Source of the DNA: a virus
Virus record (IMG/VR): IMGVR_UViG_3300036770_007174
Coordinates: 1 to 64,000 of that record
Reading direction: 5' to 3' (one strand)
DNA length: 64,000 nucleotides
Shown: piece by piece, positions 27,024 to 36,300 of the stretch
How positions within the stretch are numbered: the stretch's first letter is position 1
How the letters are laid out: every line of letters begins with the position of its first letter
The notes under the pieces: generated by a model
Database searches by the model: none
Told to the model about the DNA's origin: nothing
What the model saw: the letters and a program-made list of their open reading frames with translations, nothing else
Translations under genes and position numbers: made by a program

Positions 27024-29075
27024 ATGAGTATGAGTTCCCTTCGTGAGTGGTTTGTGCTTGCGCCTTCACTGCCTGAAGAGGACGGGGCGCACGCAGCTTT
27101 CCTCGCACACGCAAAGCGACTGTCAAGCCTTTCGCAGCCTCTCGACGAGGGGACAGTGGAACGCATTACAAGCGAGGCAATGCATAGCCTCGGCGTCCTC
27201 TCACGCTCAGCACCATTGCGCGCTGCGCTTCTAATCCTGACAGACCTTGCTCATCAGCAGTGGGTCATTCGCGTGACAGCAAGCGGATCCGTCGAGGTCA
27301 GCCGTCCTGAAGAACAGCGCCTCGACCCGCTGGCCGAGAAGGAGCGCGTCCGAAAGCAGGAGTTGGTGAAGCGCGACGAGCAGTTGCGCGAGCCATCGAC
27401 CAGGCGGTTCGTCAGCGGGCTTGAAACGAGCTACCTCTACAAAGGCCGACGCGTCTCAATCTTTTCGCTGATGCGCGATGGCCGCGAACTCGCCGCTGGA
27501 CTTCGGCGTATCCGGGCGTCAGATCGGCAGATAAGCGCCGCAAGCCTCAGTCAGATCATCGACCCGTATCTCCAGTTTGTCGATGATGGCGTCGCGTGCG
27601 AGCACACTGGCCTCGCCCTCCAGGACGTTTGGCGGTATTTCCGCCATACCTGGACTAATCAATACACAAGCACACCGGGGCGGACGATGGCCTTCCTCGT
27701 CCGCGATCGTGCGTGCGATTACCATCCGGTCATCGGCATCGGAGCGCTCGGCAGCCCGATCGTACAAATTCGCGAGCGAGACGCCTGGATCGGCTGGCAC
27801 CCAGATGCTTTCCTCGATTTTGCAACCGAGGAAGGCTCGGCAGAGTTGGCTCATTGGCTGACCCTGACGGTCGATGCCAGTGTCAGCGAATGCTACGTTG
27901 AAGACTTCATCGAGGAGCAGTTGCTAACGCCGCGGGATTTCCGAGCCCCATCCATCGACGCCATCGCGCGACTCACCGCCTACGGCGAGTTGCAACGCGA
28001 CCTGCACCATAGGCTGGCGCGCAGCAAGGAAATGAAGCGCAGCACGCGATCGAGCGCCGAAAGCGACGAGGCACACTGGCGTAGCCAGGCACAGTCACAC
28101 CTGTATCGTAGTAAGCGGGCATTGGCGCTCGCGGATATGTTCCGCGTCAAGATCGCGCTCGCGAGGTTCTTGCCGGAGAACCCGACCGCGGACGACGTGC
28201 GTGCTATGCTGAAAGCTCCGGAGGGCCGACAGGCGGTCAAGACCGTGCTCCGGAAGGCTAAAGCCGCTCGCGTCGGAATCGCCATGGCCGACATTACGGT
28301 CTGCGGTGCAGTTGCACCTTACGGTCCCATTCTAGGTGGTAAGTTGATCTCCATGCTTGCTGCGAGCCCGGAAGTCATCGCAGCCTATCGGCATCGCTAT
28401 GCCAACCAACAGAGCGAGATCGCGTCGTCAATCGCCGGCCGCCCGATCGTGCGTCCATCTCATCTTGTGTTTCTTGGAACGACATCGCTCTACGGCGTCG
28501 GCTCGAGTCAGTATAACCGCCTACGGATGCCAGCCGCTCAGCTGGGCGGCAGAGATAGCGAGCAACTGGCCTTCCTCGAACTTGGCCGGTCCGGCTCTTA
28601 CGGAACGTCTCACTTCGGGTCCGCGACAGTCGAGGCGCTAGTCTCGCTCGTTCAGCAATCCCTCACCGGCCAGCGCGTGAACAGCATTTTTGGCGAGGGG
28701 GTAAGCCCGAAACTGCGGAAGATCCGAGATGGTCTGGACCGACTGAAACTGCCGACCGACGCGCTACTGATGCACGGCCGCCACCGCATCGTCTACGGCG
28801 TGCCGCTTATCCGGAACCTCCGCGAGTATCTGCTCGGGATGGACAGGGAGCCGGATTACCTCTTCGACTTAAGTGATCCGAAAGCGGGAACGCGCGCTGT
28901 CGTGTCCTGGTGGATGGAGAGGTGGCTCGTCGCTCGCCTTCAGAGCGACAACGCACTGCGGAAGGTGGCAAGCCACTCGCTTGTCCGTCCAATTCGACAT
29001 GGAGCCCGAGTCGTGCTCCCCCCGGAGGACCCAAACCAGACGTCGCTTTTCGACGATCTATCGCAATTCAACTGA
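27024..29075 (+). CDS. druA: Druantia DruA-like (DUF4338) protein
   Basis: PGRTMAFLVRD, RDAWIGW, CGAVAPYGPILGGKL, TTSLYG..SQYNRL, GTSHF, GEGVSPKLR. Confidence 0.85.
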   Translation: MSMSSLREWFVLAPSLPEEDGAHAAFLAHAKRLSSLSQPLDEGTVERITSEAMHSLGVLSRSAPLRAALLILTDLAHQQWVIRVTASGSVEVSRPEEQRLDPLAEKERVRKQELVKRDEQLREPSTRRFVSGLETSYLYKGRRVSIFSLMRDGRELAAGLRRIRASDRQISAASLSQIIDPYLQFVDDGVACEHTGLALQDVWRYFRHTWTNQYTSTPGRTMAFLVRDRACDYHPVIGIGALGSPIVQIRERDAWIGWHPDAFLDFATEEGSAELAHWLTLTVDASVSECYVEDFIEEQLLTPRDFRAPSIDAIARLTAYGELQRDLHHRLARSKEMKRSTRSSAESDEAHWRSQAQSHLYRSKRALALADMFRVKIALARFLPENPTADDVRAMLKAPEGRQAVKTVLRKAKAARVGIAMADITVCGAVAPYGPILGGKLISMLAASPEVIAAYRHRYANQQSEIASSIAGRPIVRPSHLVFLGTTSLYGVGSSQYNRLRMPAAQLGGRDSEQLAFLELGRSGSYGTSHFGSATVEALVSLVQQSLTGQRVNSIFGEGVSPKLRKIRDGLDRLKLPTDALLMHGRHRIVYGVPLIRNLREYLLGMDREPDYLFDLSDPKAGTRAVVSWWMERWLVARLQSDNALRKVASHSLVRPIRHGARVVLPPEDPNQTSLFDDLSQFN

Positions 29076-29388
29076 CCCTAAGGGGATCTGTGGGCGGCCT
29101 GCACCGCACCGATCGCCTCCCGGCGGTCATGCAGAAGCCGACGTCGAAACGTAGGCTGTCAGCCCATGATCACTGGGCGTCTAACCAGTTCATCTGATCT
29201 GCGACACGAAAGGATCGCCGGGCCGCGATAGCACCTCCCTGGAGCAATGGATTTGCTTGCCAACCGAATACAGCGTGTTAAGCTCCTGCACGCCCTTACA
29301 GGGGTCCAGAAGGCGCTTAGGTGGGTTTTCGCATATTGCTCCAAGGATCAACACCAGACTCCACGATAGCAAGCCATCCCGCTCGACA

Positions 29389-32247
29389 ATGACGGAAGAC
29401 CTCAAGTACTGGCAGAAAAAACTTGAACGGCATTTCTCAAGTTTGCACCAAGCCAGAAAAGACAAGGGACTTCCTGTTTTCGCCCTTGAACATGGACTCA
29501 ACGAGGGTGAAAGGCGAACGATATCCGGGCTTCTGAGATCGAGTTTACAGAATTACGAAGCGCCCGGACACAGTTGGCTTCTCTGGGTGATCTATGCTGC
29601 CGAGCAAGGCTACGATTATGACGGCGATGAGTATTGGCGAACATATCAGGCGCGAACGCCGCTTTGGACTGAACGTGCAGATCGTGAGGCTCTGCGCCGC
29701 TGGTATCAGAAATTTCATACGACATACGGAGGCATAAAGCCAACCGGCTCTTGGGCGAGTTGGTTTTCTATTATTGCATGGCCGATCACCCATGCCTTGC
29801 TGCCGAGAGATCTTCAGTATCAGCTCGCTCGCGCGCTTTATCAACTTCGCTTTCCACTTGCGTCTCGGATCGACGAGCTGCCATCGGCCATCGGACATTA
29901 CATCGCAACGGCGTCCATCGAGTCGAGTTCCCGCTTCCAGAACTTTCTTCAGCAGGAAGAGCTAGTTGGGCGCATAGCGCTCGCCCTGCTCGGCGGACAC
30001 ACTGGTGGGGAACAACAGTTCATATATCCCCCAACGCTCGAGCGCATCGTAGAGGACATGCAGAGGGCGCGGGACGCGCGCGCCTGGTTGCGAGACGCTC
30101 GCCAGGCTGTCGAGAAGATCAGAATCAAGGGTGCCTTGCGCCACCCTCCGTTGAGGCGGGAGCACTCAGCCGGCGATCAACGAGCCAAGCACGAAGCGCA
30201 AGCGGCATCCTCTATCCGACCCAGCCTCACGCTCCGGCGCACATCTAAAACCGAATGGACGGTGGTCCTCGACCTGCCGAGTTTGCAACCGTTAGCCGAT
30301 CTCAATCCTGAACTCAGGCTCTTTCTTCGTAGGACACGGTGCACTGTGGCTGGGTCGCCCGGCATGCTTCCCGCTGGGTGGCTGTTGTCAGGCAGCCAGC
30401 ACCGGGTGGTTGTGCACTGGCCGCCGAGCAGCGCACCAGTGGTGCGATTTGAAGAGAGAAACGACCTCCTCGAGCATCTCCTCCAAAGCGACGGACGAAT
30501 TACAGCGGGTCCGTCATGGTTGTTTAAAGTGGGATCAGATGGCCTTGCGCGTGAGGTTGTAGGTCGCGTTGTACGACCGGGAGAACGTTACATTGTCGTC
30601 TCTACATCACAGGTTACTGAGTCCTCGCTTCTGCGGCGGGTGAACCTCAAGTGCAGCGGTGCTGCTGCTTGGGAGTTCGATTTACCTCCTCAACTCTCCC
30701 CCGAGCACTTGGCATGGCTGCGTGAACTTAGCCTCTCACTGGCTCAAACGGTACGCATCTGGCCGGCTGGCCTTGCCGCGCGCCGATGGGATGGAGAAGG
30801 TTTCGCGGAATGGCTCGAAGGTGAAACACCGTGCATTGCTCTTCACGCCGATCACCCGGTTTCTCATTTTGAACTGCAACTCGACGACGGCCAGCCAATC
30901 CGAGTCGCTCAGCCTCTGGCTGGGCAGCCGCTCTTCGTGGCACTTCCGGGCTTAGCGCGCGGCAGGCATCTTCTTGCCGTACGCGCTCAACGCGTCGACG
31001 TTACGGATCGAGGCGATCAGGCGCCTGCCGAGGGGTTTCTGTCGATCATCGTCCGCTTGCCCCGGCCTTGGGCAGCGGGAACCACGTCTCATAGTGGCCT
31101 TGTGGTGTCCACCAACCCTGCCGAACCAAGCTTGGATCAGTTGTGGAAGGGCGACATCGAATTGCAGATTCTAGGCCCCTCAGGCAAGCGCGTTCGCGTG
31201 TTCCTTGAGCTAAACAACAGTTCTGGCGAGACACTCTCAACCGAACAGATAACGGATCTGTTGCTGCCAGTCGCGCCGGGCTCTTGTGCCCGCGCCATGA
31301 GCGAATTCTTGCGCAAAGAGCCGAGTCCTTGGTCATACCTTAGCGCCAGCGGTGGCCACCTCCTTGTCGACGGCGAGGAGATGGGAACTCACCGTGTGCC
31401 CCTGCATCGAGACGTAAGTCCCTTGCGTTGGGTCTGGCCTGCAACGCAGCGCGCGACTGTGCTGCGCCTCGTCAACGATTGCGATAGCGCAGAGCCTCTC
31501 AGCGCTAGTTTCTATCCGTTCGAGACACCCATTGAGGGAAAGTCGCTAGCGCCTGCTCTCGTGACAGAGGCATGGACGCCGGAAGGAACGGGTGGCCTCT
31601 GCGTCGCTTCCTGCGGCGGTCACCGCCAAACACTTGTTGTAAGTATGCCTCAGGTAAGGGGCGGACTAGCTGGCCTTTTGATCGAGCCGACTATCCATAG
31701 GTTGCCACCTGGCGAAGCTGCCCTAGCGGCCTTGCTGGACTTGATTTCTGCCTGGTCCGGAGCTCGCGTCGTGGGACCGCTGGCCTCCGACAGGCGCACG
31801 AGAGTCGTGAACCGCCTCCGAGAGTATGTCCTTCGCCACCTATATGGGGCTGAGTGGGTACAAGCTGAAGCAAGTTATGAACGGTCGCAAAGGACAGAGC
31901 CGAACCTGCGACGATTGGCTGAGCAAATCGGCGGTAACCCCGCGTTTGGCTTCGTTCTCGCTCGCGATTTGGGAAGATACCGGAGCATGGACCCTAGCTT
32001 GCTGCTGAGCAGTCTGGCCGCCCTGGCCGGCCGCTACGGAGTAGCTTCTTACGATGCTTGTAAGGCGGCGATAGAACTCTGTGGGGGCCTTGAGCGAGGG
32101 GCGGTCTGGACGCGTCCTGTGCTCGAGCGCCTCCTGGCCGATGTAAGATCATGTCCGACGATCCTCAGGGGCGTACGGTTTGTCGCTGTCGCCAAGCCGA
32201 TACCATCGTCCGAGCAGTCGCGCGGCACGGCCCACGTGCGCAGATGA
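29389..32247 (+). CDS. 952 aa Druantia-associated protein (DruF/DruH-like N-terminus)
   Basis: FALEHGL, VIYAAEQGYDYDGDEYW, WPITHALLP; beta-rich middle; in operon with DruE. Family assignment is from recalled motifs and tentative. Confidence 0.55.
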   Translation: MTEDLKYWQKKLERHFSSLHQARKDKGLPVFALEHGLNEGERRTISGLLRSSLQNYEAPGHSWLLWVIYAAEQGYDYDGDEYWRTYQARTPLWTERADREALRRWYQKFHTTYGGIKPTGSWASWFSIIAWPITHALLPRDLQYQLARALYQLRFPLASRIDELPSAIGHYIATASIESSSRFQNFLQQEELVGRIALALLGGHTGGEQQFIYPPTLERIVEDMQRARDARAWLRDARQAVEKIRIKGALRHPPLRREHSAGDQRAKHEAQAASSIRPSLTLRRTSKTEWTVVLDLPSLQPLADLNPELRLFLRRTRCTVAGSPGMLPAGWLLSGSQHRVVVHWPPSSAPVVRFEERNDLLEHLLQSDGRITAGPSWLFKVGSDGLAREVVGRVVRPGERYIVVSTSQVTESSLLRRVNLKCSGAAAWEFDLPPQLSPEHLAWLRELSLSLAQTVRIWPAGLAARRWDGEGFAEWLEGETPCIALHADHPVSHFELQLDDGQPIRVAQPLAGQPLFVALPGLARGRHLLAVRAQRVDVTDRGDQAPAEGFLSIIVRLPRPWAAGTTSHSGLVVSTNPAEPSLDQLWKGDIELQILGPSGKRVRVFLELNNSSGETLSTEQITDLLLPVAPGSCARAMSEFLRKEPSPWSYLSASGGHLLVDGEEMGTHRVPLHRDVSPLRWVWPATQRATVLRLVNDCDSAEPLSASFYPFETPIEGKSLAPALVTEAWTPEGTGGLCVASCGGHRQTLVVSMPQVRGGLAGLLIEPTIHRLPPGEAALAALLDLISAWSGARVVGPLASDRRTRVVNRLREYVLRHLYGAEWVQAEASYERSQRTEPNLRRLAEQIGGNPAFGFVLARDLGRYRSMDPSLLLSSLAALAGRYGVASYDACKAAIELCGGLERGAVWTRPVLERLLADVRSCPTILRGVRFVAVAKPIPSSEQSRGTAHVRR

Positions 32248-33308
32248 TTAAGGTTGTTGAGGATCAAGACGTGACCCGACTGGCGCGCGGCGATCTTCGG
32301 TTGGCGCAGGCCGGTGGAATCGATGATGGCTACATCGCCGGAGCGCTGCGCCGTCTCGCCGGCTTCCTGTGCCCATGCTCGCCAAAGACCTTGCTTCGAT
32401 CAATGGTGGAAAGCCACCGCGGCCTTGCAGGAGCGCCCGAAGATTTTGCTGCTCGTGTTGAAGACGTTCTTGAAGCGCTGGTAGCTGTTGGCGACCTGCT
32501 TGAGTTGCGCGACGTGACTACTCTCGACGAGACCGTCAAGGCAACATGGGTGTTTGCCGCGCCTCCTTCCTTCGTGCTGCGGCCATCAGGCAGTGCGTAC
32601 ATTCTTGGGCTCGCAATGGACGAGGCAACGCCGCTGCCGGGAGACCTGCTGCAGAGGCTGCAGGTGCGCGGCGCGACGCGCACGATCGGTTCCCTGCCGG
32701 GCGAGGACCTTGGGAGCCTGCTCCGCAGGCTCAGCCTGCGCGAGTTGTCGAGTGAGGCCTGGCTGCGGCATCCAAAGCGCGAGGAACCCGGGGCGTTGGT
32801 GGCGGCGCTAAATGCGCAACTCGATCGCCAGCGTCCGGCTGGCGAGTTGGCGGAGTTGCGCGTCTTGGACGGCGCGCGCCGTGCGCGGAGTTATCGGAAC
32901 CGCTGGTGTGAGCCAGGATCGCTCACCGGCCGCTTCATCGTTCGTCGCCCGCAGGCCTATGGCGCCGATCTGTGGGCATACGCAGAGCTTGACGAAGGCA
33001 GAGCCGTCAAAGCGCTCGATTTTCCGCCCCCAGGAAGCCGCTGGCGAGGCTGCGACTTGGCCTGGCGCGCCCAGATGGCAATGGATGCTCTCAATGGTGA
33101 CCATCAGCGCTACCGGCAGACATCGGAAAATGGCACTGCGACCTTCGATTTTTTCTCGCCAATTCCGGACTGGGCACGGCGGCGCCTTGCCTGCATTGGG
33201 GAGCAAGTCGAGTCAGAAGCCAGCTTGCTCTGTTTTCGGATTCCCGAAAATGAGGCGCCCGCAGAAGAAGCCTTTCTTCAAGAATTTCTCTTCCTGAGAC
33301 GCGAATAG
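32244..33308 (+). CDS. 354 aa Druantia-associated protein (DruD/DruG position)
   Basis: ATGA overlap with upstream gene; immediately before DruE; LVAVGDLLE, FFSPIPDWARRRL. Confidence 0.6.
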   Translation: MIKVVEDQDVTRLARGDLRLAQAGGIDDGYIAGALRRLAGFLCPCSPKTLLRSMVESHRGLAGAPEDFAARVEDVLEALVAVGDLLELRDVTTLDETVKATWVFAAPPSFVLRPSGSAYILGLAMDEATPLPGDLLQRLQVRGATRTIGSLPGEDLGSLLRRLSLRELSSEAWLRHPKREEPGALVAALNAQLDRQRPAGELAELRVLDGARRARSYRNRWCEPGSLTGRFIVRRPQAYGADLWAYAELDEGRAVKALDFPPPGSRWRGCDLAWRAQMAMDALNGDHQRYRQTSENGTATFDFFSPIPDWARRRLACIGEQVESEASLLCFRIPENEAPAEEAFLQEFLFLRRE

Positions 33309-33329
33309 AGACCACGGAGACGGACGCAG

Positions 33330-36300
33330 ATGACACGGACGATCCAAGAGACTATCGACGAACTACACGCGTCCTTGAAGGATTACATTGAGGCGACATA
33401 TCACATCGGGGACGCTAAGCTGATTGGCCAGAGACGCAGGCTACTCAGCCAAGTCGGCGTCACCCGTCAGGTGCCTTACTTAGAGTCGACGCCGCGCTAT
33501 TGTCTCGGAGAACGGTTCTGCAACATGGCTGGCTTGCCTCCCGCCGCCCTTGCGGTGTACGAGGCGCTCGCGACGGCCAAGGACGGTAAGCCACGGCTAT
33601 TGTTCGACCCGCCGTACCGGCACCAAGCTGAAGCCATCCGCCACGCTCTGATCGGCGGGAAGAACCTGATGGTCATGACCGGTACCGGCTCGGGGAAAAC
33701 CGAATCCTTTCTTCTTCCCATCCTTGGCAAGTTTGCGCATGAGGCTGCCGAACGGCCCAAAGCGTTCAGTCAGCATGCAGTGCGCGCCATCCTGCTCTAC
33801 CCGATGAATGCGCTCGTCAACGATCAACTCGGTCGGCTGCGTGCTCTATTCGGCGACCCGCGCCTCGTCCGCATGTTCAGCAAGTGGTCAGGCAGGCCGC
33901 CGACCTTCGCGAGGTACACCAGCCGGACACCCTATGCAGGGGTACGGACGGCAAAGCGAGACGGCAAGAAACTGGCGTCGTTCGAAGAGTTCTTCGTCGA
34001 GATCGAGAGGCAAGCGGCGGACGGCGCGCCCGACGAGCAGGCTGCAGCGCGCAAGCTTCGTGACCAGCTCAAGGCGCGCGGGAAGTGGCCGGCAAAGCCG
34101 GATCTAGCCGAGTGGTTTGGCCCCAAGAACGGTCGTTGGGTTGATCAAAAGACCAAGGCTTTCTTGCGGGCTGTTACCTTACCCGGTGATTCCGAACTTC
34201 TGACGCGCCACGAGGTGCAGGAGGCAGCGCCTGACCTCCTGGTCACCAACTATTCCATGTTGGAATACATGCTCATGCGGCCGATCGAGCGGCCGATTTT
34301 CGACCAGACCCGTGCGTGGCTCGCTGGAAACCCGCACGAGAAGATCACCGTGGTGCTCGACGAGGCCCACCTTTACCGTGGCGCCGGAGGGGCCGAGGTC
34401 GCCCTGCTTCTACGCCGGTTGCGAGATCGTCTCGACATCACGCCTGATCGGTTCCAGGTCATCTGCGCAACCGCAAGCTTCGGTAGCCGCGAATACGCGA
34501 GAGACTTCGGCTCGCAGTTGACCGGCGTGCCAGCGGAGACCATTGAACCGGTCACAGGCGATCTTGATCTACGAGCGCACGCCGCTCCAGGTACTCAGGA
34601 CGACGCCGCGGCTTTAGCAAACCTAGATCTCGAGCGCTTCTACTCAGCCGACGCGAGAGAGCGCGCCGACGCAATCACTCCCCTGCTCGCCTACCGATCT
34701 ACCGAAGCGACAGGCAACGTCGAACGGGATCTGCATGCGGCGCTCGCAGACTTTGAGCCGCTCGGACTCTTGGTAAACCTTACTATGAAGGCCGCGCGTG
34801 CAGTGGCGAGTCTCGGTCCGGCTCTTTTCCCGGACAGCCCTGGCATCGCCGACCGGGCAGTGACGGCCTTACTGGCCCTCGGTAGCGTCGCTCGGGAGAC
34901 ACCGGACGCTGCCGGCCTTCTCCCATGCCGCATCCACAATTTCTACCGCGGGCTGCCAGGCCTGTGGGTGTGCATGGATCCTAATTGCACGGAAATTGCG
35001 ACCAACGAACGGTCTGGATTATGCGGACGCATGTACAGTCAGCCGCGCGAGGCCTGTGGATGCGGCGCGCGAGTATTGCAGTTCTATACATGCAGGAACT
35101 GTGGCGCGGCCCATGCGCGAGCATACACCGATGACGTCGACCGGCCAAACGCGCTTTGGCCCGAACCGGGTCGTAAATTGAAGATGCAAGGTGGCGAAAC
35201 CAGCCCATTGCTCGACCTAGACCTCCTACTCGAGGAGCCACGCCTCGCCGAGTTGGCAGAAATTGCAGACTACGATCTCGAGACAGGACGGCTTAACCCA
35301 GCAGTACTTGGAGAACGTCGACGATCAGTTTATATTCGCAAGGATCGCATAGCGCCGGCGGCTGGCGACGATGGCGAAGTCGACACTCGGCTGGAAGTAA
35401 GAGGCCAATTCATCCCGTGCGCCGTGTGCGGCGAGAGTGCCGCGTTCGGTAGGTCGTCTGTTCAGGATCACCAAACGAAGGGCGATCAACCGTTCCAGGC
35501 ACTGGTCGCGCGCCAAATTCAGGTGCAACCGCCCGGGCCGCAGCCTTCAACGACCTTTGCGCCACTGCGCGGCCGGAAGGTCCTAGTCTTCTCAGACTCG
35601 CGTCAGGTCGCTGCGCGACTGGCGCCTAATCTGCAAATGTACTCCGTGCGTGATGCACTTCGTTCGCTGATCGTGTGGGGGTTCAACCGCCTACGCAAAC
35701 ATCCGCTCGTCACGGGCATGCTTAACCTCGACGACCTGTATCTCGCTACGCTGCTTGCGTCGCGCAGCCTGGGAGTTCGCCTTCGACCGGAGCTAAAGGC
35801 CGGCGAGAGCTTCGCGGCCGATGCAGTTGTCGAGGCGGCCGTGAAGGATGGCGCACTCAGCGATGACCAAAAGCTCCAAATGCTTTGGATGGAAATTCGC
35901 AGCGACACACCCCCTGAAGCTCTACTCGACGACATCGTCAAGACAGTACGGGACCGCTATCTCGGGCTTGAGGCTTTGGCGCTAGCATCCGTGCGCGAAA
36001 TCGCTAGCAAGACGAAGGATCTACACGCCCTGCCACCTATCAGCGGCATCGCAAGTACGAATGACGAGAAGGTGGCACTCGCCCGTGCTTGGTTGCGGTG
36101 CTGGCGGTCCGAGGGCTTCTGGTTGAACGCGATGCCACCGACTTGGCACAAAGTCAAAGTGCGGGCGCGCAAAGGGTCGTTCCAGGCAATGCGCAAGATC
36201 TTGCCAGACAAAGGAGCCCACAAGATCTTTGAGAAAGCCTGGCATCCTGCGCTAATGTCCATCTTCACTACAGAAATGGAAAGCGGCTACCGGCGTCTGG

